The notes under the pieces: model-generated
The model's input: the letters and a program-made list of their open reading frames with translations, nothing else
The model's database searches: none
Told to the model about the DNA's origin: nothing
Translations under genes and position numbers: made by a program
Part shown: positions 1 to 9,355 of the stretch, piece after piece
Layout: every line of letters starts with the position of its first letter
Position numbering within the stretch: position 1 is the first letter of the stretch
From: a bacterium
GTDB taxonomy: Bacteria > Joyebacterota > Joyebacteria > Joyebacterales > Joyebacteraceae
Length of the DNA stretch: 64,000 nt
Direction of reading: 5' to 3'
Assembly (NCBI GenBank): GCA_025782395.1
Contig: JALGZD010000219.1
Coordinates: 205,560 to 269,559 of the forward strand

Positions 1-1382
1 GTCAGGTAGACAACCGGAAGCCGCACCTTCCCATCCACTATACGCCTGCCCAGACACTCTCCCATCCAGGCGCCCCCCCGCTTCTCCGCGGGCCGTGAGT
101 ACGCATCCAGATAGAAGAAGGCTATCGGTGTCCCGTCCTCATTGGAGACTTTGAAATAGCGCACGTCCTCGTGCCAGACCGAAGTCTCACCGTCGGCCGG
201 CTCGATCACGATTCCCAGAAGTCGTTTCGAGAGCGAGAAGAGCCCGTCCAGAACTCCCGGCATCGGGAAATACGGCCTCAGCTGATCGTCGGTGTAGTCG
301 AAGCGCGACTCCCTCAGCCGCTCGGACCAGAATGCGACATCCCAGTGCTTGAGATCACCATCATGACCGTTCTTTCCAGCGAGTTCCTTCAGGTCTTCGA
401 GGTCCTTCTGAGCCCGGGGCTTCGAAGCCTCCACAAGCGCACTGAACATCACCTCGACGGCGTCCACCTTCGATGCCATCTTCTCCGAAAGACTGAGATC
501 GGCGTACGTGTCGAACCCCAGGAGCTTTGCCTTCTCGAGCTTGAGCTTGAGCATCGTGCTGACGATCTCGGTGTTGTCCCACTCACCTTCGGATGCGCGC
601 GTCATATGTGCACGATAGAGTTTCTCACGCTGAACACGGTTCCTGCTGTGCTGCAGAAATGGACCGAAACTCGGGAAGTCCAGAGTGATGCGCCAGGGAC
701 CGCCGTCCGCGGTCGACGCCTCGTCGTCGGGATTGGCCTGGCTCCACGACTGTGAGGCGAGCTGCTTCAGTGTCTCCGGCCATCCCTCGATGTCGGCCTG
801 GTCCGTAATGATCAGTTCGAATGCCTTAGTTGCGTCGAGGACGTGATTCTGGAAATCGCTCCCCAGCTGCGAGAGCTTGCTTTCAATGGCCTTGAAGCGC
901 TCGCATTCGTCCCCATCGAGCCCGACACCTGCGTGCTCAGCATCTCTCAACCGAAGCTCGACCGCCCGCCGCTGTGCGTTATCCAACGACTTCCATTCGT
1001 CACCGTCCTTGAGCGCGCGAAGCGCATCGTAGATCGGCCTGCTCTGTTTGACACGGAGCCTGATCTGAACGACGTCAGACAACATGGCGTCGTGAGCTTC
1101 CCGGAGCTCCGGCGAGTTCTTGACGCTCATGAGGTGCTTGACGGGATCCCACGCATGCTCCATCGGGATCTCAAGGGCCTCTAGCGGAGCCATGACGCCG
1201 TCCCACGTGGGTTCGAGCATCGCTTCGAGTTCGCTGAGTCCTTTCCCAACGGCATCGAGGACGTGCGTCACCGCAGGGACCACGTGCTCCGCTGCGATCT
1301 CATCGAATCGCGGGATACCATCGGTTCTGAGTAGTGGGTTGCTCTCAAGGGCGGCGCTCAAGGATGCTTTGGCTTGGCTCAT
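1..1382 (-). CDS. prlC: Oligopeptidase A / M3-family metallo-oligopeptidase, N-terminal ~460 aa; the gene runs off the window start.
   Basis: Manual minus-strand translation from the ATG at 1382 gives MSQAKASLSAALESNPLLRTDGIPRFDEIAAEHVVPAVTHVLD...VKHLMSVKNSPELREAHD...FQNHVLDATKAF... with no stop down to position 1. It is colinear with the E. coli PrlC N-terminus (PEHVVPAV, HLNSVKNSPELREAY, NNVLDAT). It is absent from the ORF track only because the frame is open at the window edge; the HEXXH zinc motif would lie outside the window. Confidence 0.8.
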   Translation of the reverse strand, partial: MSQAKASLSAALESNPLLRTDGIPRFDEIAAEHVVPAVTHVLDAVGKGLSELEAMLEPTWDGVMAPLEALEIPMEHAWDPVKHLMSVKNSPELREAHDAMLSDVVQIRLRVKQSRPIYDALRALKDGDEWKSLDNAQRRAVELRLRDAEHAGVGLDGDECERFKAIESKLSQLGSDFQNHVLDATKAFELIITDQADIEGWPETLKQLASQSWSQANPDDEASTADGGPWRITLDFPSFGPFLQHSRNRVQREKLYRAHMTRASEGEWDNTEIVSTMLKLKLEKAKLLGFDTYADLSLSEKMASKVDAVEVMFSALVEASKPRAQKDLEDLKELAGKNGHDGDLKHWDVAFWSERLRESRFDYTDDQLRPYFPMPGVLDGLFSLSKRLLGIVIEPADGETSVWHEDVRYFKVSNEDGTPIAFFYLDAYSRPAEKRGGAWMGECLGRRIVDGKVRLPVVYL

Positions 1383-1502
1383 GCTCTTTCCCTCTCTGGG
1401 TAGATGTGCAGGATGCGTCTGCGGCCCCCTGATCGGAGGCCACGCGCGGTCTACTGATCAATGCTACTACGCCGGAGACCAGGGGACAACCCGGGAGGAA
1501 CG

Positions 1503-2246
1503 CTAGAACTCGAAGCCGGCGCCGAGCCCGATGATCGGGGCATAGCCCAGCTCCCCATGGATCCGGCCGGCCAGCTCCACGCCTATCTCGGGCCGCAGGT
1601 AGAAGATGCCCAGGTCAAGTGACGGTGCGACGATAATCCCTAGCCTGTGGAGGAATCCTGTTTCACCGATGTCCTCCAGGGGCGATTCCGCCGGAAAGGC
1701 AATGGCCACGGAGTCAAAGCTGTATCTGACAACGCCGGTAATGCAGAATACGTCGTTGAAGCGATGCGTGACGATGACCGGGATCTCAACACCGAACGTC
1801 TTCACTTCGGCAATGTAGTCATCGAGCGACTCATCACCATCGTCGTCGGATTCCGTCGTGACGAACGTGAGACCGGGGGCCACGGCCCACGATGTCCCGG
1901 CGCCCCTCTCGGTGAGCGCGTGCTTCGCGTAGAGCTTCCCCCCTATTCCTCCGATCGAAACCCAGAACCGGGCGTTGAGTTCCGTGCGATCCGTGACGCC
2001 GATGCCGAATCTGACGCCGTACGTCTCGCCCACCATCAACTCTGTCGCTGTGAATGTTTCGCTGGTATCGTCCTCCAGAAAGACGGTCGAGGTGATATCG
2101 AGTCCCATGTTGTACTCGGCGCCGAGTTTCAGATGGCCGGCCTCGACGGTCTCGGCCGTCTCCATCATCGATGTGTTCATGACTGCGCACCCGGCGAGGG
2201 TCGCAAGTGCCAACGCTCCCAGAACGATTCCCAGAAACCGTGCCAC
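1503..2246 (-). CDS. Outer-membrane beta-barrel (lipo)protein, 247 aa.
   Basis: The signal peptide has a lipobox (LATLAGC). The sequence shows alternating aromatic/hydrophobic beta-strand periodicity, is Gly/Tyr-rich and has a C-terminal Phe (..GLGAGFEF), typical of small OM barrels. Confidence 0.55.
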   Translation of the reverse strand: MARFLGIVLGALALATLAGCAVMNTSMMETAETVEAGHLKLGAEYNMGLDITSTVFLEDDTSETFTATELMVGETYGVRFGIGVTDRTELNARFWVSIGGIGGKLYAKHALTERGAGTSWAVAPGLTFVTTESDDDGDESLDDYIAEVKTFGVEIPVIVTHRFNDVFCITGVVRYSFDSVAIAFPAESPLEDIGETGFLHRLGIIVAPSLDLGIFYLRPEIGVELAGRIHGELGYAPIIGLGAGFEF

Positions 2247-2283
2247 CCCATATCCCCCAGATTCTACGCTTCATTGCAGACTG

Positions 2284-2790
2284 CTACGTCTCACTCTCTT
2301 CCGGTTCGCCGCGATATCCCCTCACTCCCTGCTTCCGCGCGCTCTCCTCATTTACATCATCCTGCCATCCGGAGTGTGCGTCCTCACGGGAATCGAATCG
2401 GAAGATGTAGGGTTTGATATCCAGAAGCGGGGTGCCGTCCAGGATGTCCACGTCCTCGACGTGCAGGATGTTCCCCTCGACGCTGATGAGTTTGACGAGG
2501 CTCACACCGATCGGGTTGGGTCGCCTGGGTGACCGCGTAGCGAAGACGCCCCTGAGGTGATCCTGCATGAACGGGACTACCTCCAGACTCGCCGGACCGG
2601 CCTTGTGAAAACGATAGATGAGATAGATATGGGAGAACCCGGAAAGATCCCTGAGTCCCTGAGCGTACTCGGCGAGAAGCTCGACGCGTCCCCCTATGCC
2701 TTCGGCGTAGGCGGGCTGAACGGGCGTGTCCTCAGGCTGCTTGTGCGGCGTCCTGATGATGCCGATCGGTGTAAATGAAACTGCGTCCAC
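2284..2790 (-). CDS. tsaA: tRNA (adenine37-N6)-methyltransferase TsaA / YaeB-family SAM-dependent methyltransferase.
   Basis: The N-terminus FTPIGIIRTPHKQPEDTPVQP matches the TsaA/YaeB signature (IG.I.TP...P.QP). Length and the LVKL...L.V...DILDGTPLLDIKPY motif also fit. Confidence 0.7.
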   Translation of the reverse strand: MDAVSFTPIGIIRTPHKQPEDTPVQPAYAEGIGGRVELLAEYAQGLRDLSGFSHIYLIYRFHKAGPASLEVVPFMQDHLRGVFATRSPRRPNPIGVSLVKLISVEGNILHVEDVDILDGTPLLDIKPYIFRFDSREDAHSGWQDDVNEESARKQGVRGYRGEPEESET

Positions 2791-2848
2791 ACGCCACCTC
2801 CCAGGAACCCGGGCTCAGAGTACCAGCTTCACTTCGGGGTGGCGCCGC

Positions 2849-4213
2849 CTACTCCACCAGGTCGTACAGGAAATGCACGAGTGCCATCGTTCCCTTCTCC
2901 CATGTCGGGAGATGCAGCTTTTCGTTCGGCCCGTGGATGTGGTCACCAGGCAGAGAGAAGCCGGTAAGAAGCGAGTGCGCCCCGAGGATCTCCTTGATCT
3001 GTCCCACCGCTCCGATGCTGCCGCCGCTCGGGTAGTACGCCGGGCGGACACCCCAGATGGTCTCGAAAGCTTTGAGTAGTGCCGCTACCCCCGGCGCGTC
3101 TCGTTCGGTCAGCGTAGCGGGGAAGCCGCTCCAGTCGAGAATCTCCCACTGAACTGTCGATGGCGTCTGTGTCTCAAGGTAGCTCACGAGCTGCTTTCTA
3201 ACCTCGTCCGGATCCTGGAACGGCGCGAGACGGACAGTCACCAGCGCCTGCGCATCAACTGGAATGGCCGCCTTCGGGCTGCCGGCATCGATCTGAATGA
3301 CGTCGAGCGCAGGGCGCACGCCCTGGCGCTCGAGCGGCGTGAAACCAGGCTCTCCCCACAACCTGGAAACTCCCGACTGCTCGATGAAGCTCGCCTCGTC
3401 GAGCGGCAACGCCGCCATCTCGTCATGCTCCTCGGGCGTCATTTCGCGCACGCTGTCGTAGAAACCGGGCCACGTGACGCGACCATCCTTGTCATGCATA
3501 CCGGCAACGAGCTCGCAGAGTGCGTGGATCGGGTTGTGGATTACTCCACCGTATCCTCCCGAGTGAAGATCGCTCGTCGGCCCGGTCACGCGAAGGATGA
3601 ATCGGCACATTCCCCTGAGACCGTAGACCAGCGTGGGAGTGTCGGGTCCGAGCATTCCCGCGTCGGTGTTGAGCACGAGATTGCATGCGAACTCACCGCG
3701 GTGGTCCTTGAGGCACTGCCCGAGACTCGGAGATCCGATCTCCTCTTCGCCTTCGAAGAGGAACTTCACACTGACAGGCAGTGGTCCCGTGGTGTAAATA
3801 GCCTCGACCGCGGCGATCATTGCCATTATCTGTCCCTTGTCGTCCGACGATCCGCGCGCGAAAAGGTTGTAGCCATGAATGACCGGCTGGAAAGGATCCG
3901 TGTCCCAGGATCCCAGCGGCTCTGGAGACTGGACGTCATAGTGCCCGTAGAGAAGGACTGTAGGAGCAGATGGATCCGGACAGAGGATCTCGCCGAAGAC
4001 GACCGGATGCCCTTCGGTCTCGAAAATATCCACACGGTCGGGTTTGAGCAACTTGAGCCTGTCAACGAGCCACTCAGCCGCCCTTCGCATTTCCCCCTTC
4101 GAATCCGGATCGTCTGAAATGGACGCAATGGTCAGGAAATCTCTGAGCTGAGCGAGAACCTCATCGCGGTTCTCCCTCGTGTGCTGCAGCGCATCTTTCA
4201 GGTGCTGTGACAT
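2849..4213 (-). CDS. M20-family dipeptidase (ArgE/DapE/CPG2-like).
   Basis: Contains HYDVQ..., GSSDDKG and FEGEEEIGS motifs that fit the M20 metal-binding residues. The 454-aa length fits M20A dipeptidases. Confidence 0.8.
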   Translation of the reverse strand: MSQHLKDALQHTRENRDEVLAQLRDFLTIASISDDPDSKGEMRRAAEWLVDRLKLLKPDRVDIFETEGHPVVFGEILCPDPSAPTVLLYGHYDVQSPEPLGSWDTDPFQPVIHGYNLFARGSSDDKGQIMAMIAAVEAIYTTGPLPVSVKFLFEGEEEIGSPSLGQCLKDHRGEFACNLVLNTDAGMLGPDTPTLVYGLRGMCRFILRVTGPTSDLHSGGYGGVIHNPIHALCELVAGMHDKDGRVTWPGFYDSVREMTPEEHDEMAALPLDEASFIEQSGVSRLWGEPGFTPLERQGVRPALDVIQIDAGSPKAAIPVDAQALVTVRLAPFQDPDEVRKQLVSYLETQTPSTVQWEILDWSGFPATLTERDAPGVAALLKAFETIWGVRPAYYPSGGSIGAVGQIKEILGAHSLLTGFSLPGDHIHGPNEKLHLPTWEKGTMALVHFLYDLVE

Positions 4214-4254
4214 GTGCCCTCTCCCGGACTCTCGTCCGATTTCCGATTCCCGGG

Positions 4255-5406
4255 CTACTCAGATTCCTCGAAGAGGAGTTCCCCCTCAGCATAGACTCTA
4301 GCAGGGTAACACGCCACGTCGAACGGGTCACCATTCCAGCACAAGAAAGACGCCCATTTGCCCTTCTCGAGCGTGCCGAGTATACTGGTCACACCGAGGA
4401 TCTCGGCGTTCTTTCTCGTGATGAGCTCGATCGCCTGCTGCTTGCTGTAGCCGCAACGCACGAACCAGCGAGTCTGAAGAAGGAGCGTCCTCGCAGGTGT
4501 TACGGGATGGTCGGTCATGAACCCGCACTTGACACCGGACTCGATCAGGTATCTGACGTGGCGCCACGATTCATGCTTGAGCTCGACCTTGTACGCAAGA
4601 GCATCTATTGGTCCGTAGATCACAGGGATCTTCCGCTTCTTGAGCTCGTCGTAGATCTCGGGCTGGTGAACGTCACCCGCGTGCTCGACCGTCACCTTGA
4701 GACCGAACTCATCCACCACGCGGAGAAGAGACGCGATGTCGTCTATCTTGTGCACGTGGACCCTGAGTCGCTCCTTGCCGACGAGCAGGTCCTTCAGCAC
4801 GGCTTCTTCCGCCGTGAACGTGATCTCATCCCTCTTTTTCCCCTTGGCCTTCTTTTGCTTCGCCATCTTCTGCTTCACCTTGTCGAGCTTCGCGCGGAGG
4901 ATGGCGAGGGCTCCCATTCTCGTGCTCGGACGCTTTCCCTTCCACTCAACAGTGGACATCGGGTTGTATCCAAACGCCGCCTTGACGCCGGCGCGAGAGA
5001 TAAGAGCGTCGGTCGTGTTCTTCGCGTAGTTCCTGATAAAGGCCGAGTGGCCGCCTATGATGTTTCCGCTTCCCGGAAGAACGCACGAGTAGAGGACTCC
5101 CTGCTCGACCGCGTCACGGAACGCCCCATCGTCCATCTGCACGGAGTCGAGCGCGTCTGGGAGAGTCATGAGTGAGTCCATCTGCTCATTCGCCTCTGCC
5201 TCCTGTATCGGTTCCCCGGAACGCACCATCCCGATGTGGCTGTGCGCGTCTATGAGCGCCGGGATGACGACCGGGAACTTGCCCAGGAGCTTCCCCTTCT
5301 TCGTCCTGGACACGCCGACGATCTTCCGGCCATCAAAGACGAGATACGCGTTCTCCACGATTTTCTTGCCGGTGTAGATGGTCTTGCCATGGATGCAGCT
5401 CTGCAT
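4255..5406 (-). CDS. Amidohydrolase-superfamily metal-dependent hydrolase.
   Basis: Carries the PALIDAHSHIG metal-binding motif and an HxH...H...D TIM-barrel hydrolase pattern. The likely start is the internal Met (MQSCIHGKTIYTG). An unusual Lys-rich insertion (KLDKVKQKMAKQKKAKGKKRDE) is present. Confidence 0.7.
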   Translation of the reverse strand: MQSCIHGKTIYTGKKIVENAYLVFDGRKIVGVSRTKKGKLLGKFPVVIPALIDAHSHIGMVRSGEPIQEAEANEQMDSLMTLPDALDSVQMDDGAFRDAVEQGVLYSCVLPGSGNIIGGHSAFIRNYAKNTTDALISRAGVKAAFGYNPMSTVEWKGKRPSTRMGALAILRAKLDKVKQKMAKQKKAKGKKRDEITFTAEEAVLKDLLVGKERLRVHVHKIDDIASLLRVVDEFGLKVTVEHAGDVHQPEIYDELKKRKIPVIYGPIDALAYKVELKHESWRHVRYLIESGVKCGFMTDHPVTPARTLLLQTRWFVRCGYSKQQAIELITRKNAEILGVTSILGTLEKGKWASFLCWNGDPFDVACYPARVYAEGELLFEESE

Positions 5407-5809
5407 CGCACTCTTCTCCTTCCGGTGACGGAATCCGAATACTCCGTGAGCCTGCGGACAAGAATAGCCCCCTACGGCCACTGCGCAAATCTCTGTCGAG
5501 CCTGTTTCGCCGCAGCAAGGCGTTGTTTCAGAAGTGGAATGGAAAGAAAAGCGAGTGTCAGAGCCCAGGTGTAGTTCAGAAGCTGTGCAACCTGCGCGGG
5601 CAGAAGCTCGTACGCCAAAACAGAAGCTGCCCGTAGTCCAGATAACGAAGCGTCAGCTTGAAAGCCGAAGCCACGGTCGACCAGAGAAGCACCGTCGTCA
5701 GGCCGGCGGCATATGTCTTTGCCTCACGCCACAAGGACACCCTCCCACACGTCCACCCACTCGGGCAGGGATTGGAGCGCGGCTATGCGGCCTGCCTCAT
5801 TCACTTCCC

Positions 5810-6232
5810 CTACTTGATGAACCGGAACTTGAACGGATAGGTGTAGTGCACACCCTCCTTCGCCTTGACGGACGCGATGATGGTGAAGACGATATCACCG
5901 ATGAGGATCACCGGCAGGAGAACAAACCCGACGAAGACGAAGCAGAGAAACGCCGAGACGATGATGGCTATCAGCATCGTGATCTGGAAGTTCACTGCTT
6001 CTTTGCCCTGTTCGTCGATGAACGGATGATCGTCCTTCTTGATGAGCCAGGTGATCAGCGGACCCAGAACGAATCCGATGCCCGGAACGATAAGACCGGA
6101 AAGCGCCATGAGGTGGCAGGCCATTGCCCAGCTGCGTGCCTGTTCCGGAATGCTCTCTCCCGGCGCACCGGTCGGCTCACTTTTCGGCTCCTCGGGCTTC
6201 TGCGGTTCCTGGCCCTGGATTTCCTTTTCCAT
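5810..6232 (-). CDS. DUF4870-family small membrane protein.
   Basis: Two TM helices and the C-terminal YTYPFKFRFIK signature of DUF4870. The likely start is MEKEIQ. Confidence 0.6.
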   Translation of the reverse strand: MEKEIQGQEPQKPEEPKSEPTGAPGESIPEQARSWAMACHLMALSGLIVPGIGFVLGPLITWLIKKDDHPFIDEQGKEAVNFQITMLIAIIVSAFLCFVFVGFVLLPVILIGDIVFTIIASVKAKEGVHYTYPFKFRFIK

Positions 6233-6391
6233 GCTGCTCCTCCTGTCTGAGCGCACTGCCCGTTCCCGATTGCAGTCTAGCAGTCGAGCGGCGACGTGGC
6301 AAGTATGCCGTGGCCGCGCAGGCCGGCGTCATGTGACCCGGGGAATACGGGGGCGGTAAACGTAACTCGCCGGCCCACCAGATATCATTAC

Positions 6392-6420
6392 TTGGTTAAC
6401 ATGTATTCACGTGCTATGAT
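6392..6420 (+). promoter_or_regulatory. Sigma70-like promoter candidate TTGGTT-N17-TATGAT upstream of the 6477 gene.
   Basis: TTGGTT at 6392-6397 and TATGAT at 6415-6420 with 17-nt spacing, about 55 nt upstream of the start codon in an AT-richer intergenic stretch. A GGAGG RBS lies at about 6461. Confidence 0.3.
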
Positions 6421-6476
6421 GGATTTGAGGTTGTTGCCCCTCCCCCGATGATCCGCTCCCCACCGGAGGAACAACT

Positions 6477-9200
6477 GTGAGAATGCTCAGGTTATTGTCC
6501 ACTTGCGCCCTGTCCATGCTGATTCTGGTCTACGCGGGCGCGGCCCACGCGGACGTCGTGGCCCGTCTCATTGATGATGAGGCTGATCTCTTCACCGGTG
6601 AGGCCGCCGACGGTCAACTCGGCGATTTTCTTATGTCGAACGGTGCGATTGCGGTCATCGTCAGTGGACAGACCCACACCGTGGGGTCGAGCGAGTCCGG
6701 CGGCAACATCATCGATGTCGCCCCGAAAGCGACACTGATGGATGAGTTCGAGTATCACCTTACGCTTCTGGTCGACTACCCTCGGCAGGCAGTCTACGAC
6801 TCGGTCAGCGTGGAGAGTGATGGCTCGATGGGTACGGCGGTGATACGAGCCGTGGGGTGGGACTCGGGTAACGGCAACCTCAGGATCGTCACGCGCTATT
6901 CCCTGAACGAGTCCCTGCGCCACGTGAGTATCGAAACATCGATCGAGAATCTGGGTGGGACCGTGGTCGGCTACGAGGCCGGAGATGTACTCGACTGGGG
7001 AAACACGCTGCACTTCGTCCCCGGCTATGGCACGGATGTCTCGGGTACGACGACCCAGACCGAGTGGACGGCCGGGAAGGGTGGAAGCACATGCTACGCG
7101 TACACCAAGGCGACGGGCTCATTTAGCGTCTCGCACGGTAGCTCTTGGTCGGATCCCGTCGTGTTCACGTCGGATATCCCGGCCGGCGAGATCGTCACAT
7201 TCACCCGCTACATGGCCGTGGGGCAGCCGGATCTTGCAGCTGTCTCGGACGCCGTGCACGAGATCAGAGGGCTCAGTACCGGGCTCCTCGAGGTGTCTCT
7301 ACTGGACGACTCCACCAGCCTGGGCATCGAAAACGCCCTCATCCCGCTTGCGGTGAACGGCGTAGCCCCCTACACCGAGGTCATCTCGGGACCGGGCGGC
7401 GTTTCTGACCTGACATTGCCGCAGGCGAACTTCCAGCTTGAGGCCTCACCTCCCGGCTACTTCCCCGGCGAGGAAAACGTATTCGTGATCGCCGGAGTGA
7501 CGACGGAGGTCGAGTTGCGTCTCATTCCGACACCCTCCTCCGAAGGGCGTGGCGACACGCTTACCGTTGTCATGCGTCCGATCATGTCGGTGCCGGCCAT
7601 CACAACGGCGGGTTCGAGCTTTGCGATCGAGGCGATCGCTCCAATATCGACCACGAGCTGGTCGGCTCACCTGACGCACGGGTCGAACGAGTATCCGCTT
7701 GGCATCTGGAACAACAACTATGATTACGGATACGAACGTTGGTTTATGAGCGCGTCGGTGCCGACGGGTGTCCCAGCCGAGGTGTACGACCTCGTCGTCG
7801 AGGCATCGGGCGGGATCTCGGACACGATCGCCCACGCGGTGGCCGTGAAGTCGGCAATAGAGGACGATTTCTACTTCATCCACGTCACCGATACGCACCT
7901 GCCAACTCACAAGTTCCACTACCAACAAGGCGCAGATTCAGACACAACGGAGATGGACGACTACAGAGCCGTCATTGATGACGTGAACATCATCAATCCT
8001 GCCTTCGTGATTCACACGGGCGACCTTGTGAACGAGGGCGAGCTTGAAGACTACCTCGGGTGGCACGTTTTCACGAGGGCGCACCGCATCTCCTGCGAGC
8101 TCGACGTCCCCGTGTTCATCGTCGGCGGCAACCACGACCTCGGCGGATGGGACGACACGCCTCCATCGGACGGCACTGCCAGGCGCGACTGGTGGAGCTT
8201 CTTCGGCTGGCGCTATCTGGCCGATCCACCGCCCGACGAGTACATCTTCACGCAGAACTACTCGTTCGACTACGCCCAGGCGCATTTCACGGGGATGGAG
8301 GCGTACGACAACTACGACAGCTGGCGCTACTGGATCTACGGTCCGGACAGCTTCACAAGCCGCCAGATGAACTGGTTGTACGATGATCTTGCACTCGCCG
8401 ACCCGAGCGCGGCCAAGATTCTGTTCTACCACTATGACTTCTCGGGGCAGATCGATCTCGAGGCCCTCGGCGTCGACTGCGCCCTTTGGGGACACATCCA
8501 CTCGACTTCGGGATCGATAACCCAGCACCCGTACGATCTCTCATGCGAGGCAGCCTGCGACGGCGGTCGCGCATTCAGACTCATGAGGGTCTCGGGCAAC
8601 ACGATCATCCCGTCCGAGCCACTCGCGGCGGGCGACAATGGCGAGGAGCTCAAGGTCACGTACTACCCCGAGAATGACGGCACCACGGCGATCATGGGAG
8701 CCGTCATCCTGAACGACTATCCGGAGTCATTCGAACACGCGATGATCAAGTTCCACGTGCCTGCCGATTCGATACCGTACGCCGTTGACAACGGCACACT
8801 GGCCCAGACTATCGTGGACGGCGACGTGGCTACTTGCTACGTCAACATCCCGCTCTCCGGCAACAGCACGGAGTACATCAATATCGCACCGACTACGGAC
8901 GTGCCCGATACAACGGAGATATCGGTGCTCGCGCTTGCTCGACCCTACCCGAATCCTGCCCGCACTCGCTCTTCTCTTTCGTTTGTGATACCCTCCGTGT
9001 CGGTGACGAGGCTCGAGATCTACGATCTCACCGGGAGGAAAGTTCGCACGCTTCTTGATGAAGTGCTTGAGCCGGGGCTGCGCGAAGTGGTCTGGAATCT
9101 TGAGAACAGCGCCGAGGGCCGCGTGGCGGCAGGAGTTTACTTCTGTCGTCTCGAGGCCGCAGGCGAGTCCATCACAAGAAAACTGATCGTTCTGAAATAG
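6477..9200 (+). CDS. Secreted calcineurin-like metallophosphoesterase with a T9SS C-terminal sorting domain.
   Basis: Signal peptide present. Metallophosphoesterase motifs are HVTDTHL, HTGDLVNEGE, GGNHD and WGHIHS. The C-terminal ~80 aa (YPNPA...GVYFCRLEAAGESITRKLIVLK) matches the Por_Secre_tail T9SS CTD. Confidence 0.7.
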   Translation: MRMLRLLSTCALSMLILVYAGAAHADVVARLIDDEADLFTGEAADGQLGDFLMSNGAIAVIVSGQTHTVGSSESGGNIIDVAPKATLMDEFEYHLTLLVDYPRQAVYDSVSVESDGSMGTAVIRAVGWDSGNGNLRIVTRYSLNESLRHVSIETSIENLGGTVVGYEAGDVLDWGNTLHFVPGYGTDVSGTTTQTEWTAGKGGSTCYAYTKATGSFSVSHGSSWSDPVVFTSDIPAGEIVTFTRYMAVGQPDLAAVSDAVHEIRGLSTGLLEVSLLDDSTSLGIENALIPLAVNGVAPYTEVISGPGGVSDLTLPQANFQLEASPPGYFPGEENVFVIAGVTTEVELRLIPTPSSEGRGDTLTVVMRPIMSVPAITTAGSSFAIEAIAPISTTSWSAHLTHGSNEYPLGIWNNNYDYGYERWFMSASVPTGVPAEVYDLVVEASGGISDTIAHAVAVKSAIEDDFYFIHVTDTHLPTHKFHYQQGADSDTTEMDDYRAVIDDVNIINPAFVIHTGDLVNEGELEDYLGWHVFTRAHRISCELDVPVFIVGGNHDLGGWDDTPPSDGTARRDWWSFFGWRYLADPPPDEYIFTQNYSFDYAQAHFTGMEAYDNYDSWRYWIYGPDSFTSRQMNWLYDDLALADPSAAKILFYHYDFSGQIDLEALGVDCALWGHIHSTSGSITQHPYDLSCEAACDGGRAFRLMRVSGNTIIPSEPLAAGDNGEELKVTYYPENDGTTAIMGAVILNDYPESFEHAMIKFHVPADSIPYAVDNGTLAQTIVDGDVATCYVNIPLSGNSTEYINIAPTTDVPDTTEISVLALARPYPNPARTRSSLSFVIPSVSVTRLEIYDLTGRKVRTLLDEVLEPGLREVVWNLENSAEGRVAAGVYFCRLEAAGESITRKLIVLK

Positions 9201-9257
9201 GAGCGGCGGCGCGCAAGCGTGTGCGCGGCCCGGCGCTCCCCCGATGAGGAGGCGCTT

Positions 9258-9353
9258 ATGCCGGCATCGACCGTCTTCTGGTTCATTTTCCCACCTGCAG
9301 TTCTGATCGCACTCGCGATCATCTACTTCCTTACCTCGAAACGGAGGAGCTAG
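9258..9353 (+). CDS. 31-aa single-TM peptide (MPASTVFWFIFPPAVLIALAIIYFLTSKRRS), apparently translationally coupled to the downstream symporter.
   Basis: AGGAGG RBS 6 nt upstream of the ATG. A hydrophobic core plus basic C-terminus. The stop TAG lies 2 nt before the symporter ATG and its last codons supply the symporter RBS (GGAGG). It is below the ORF-track length cutoff. Confidence 0.35.
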   Translation: MPASTVFWFIFPPAVLIALAIIYFLTSKRRS

Positions 9354-9355
9354 AG

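Noticed and set aside
171-755. A 194-aa plus-strand ORF (and 843..1184 and 1120..1506) covering the window start.
   Set aside because: Arg-rich low-complexity translation. The region is fully explained by the minus-strand oligopeptidase A gene (1..1382), which the track misses only because it is open at the edge.
1647-2417. Long overlapping ORFs 1647..2417(+), 1834..2274(-) and 1975..2532(+).
   Set aside because: Antisense or off-frame to the convincing OM barrel and tsaA genes. These are Arg/Pro/Ser-rich translations typical of spurious high-GC ORFs.
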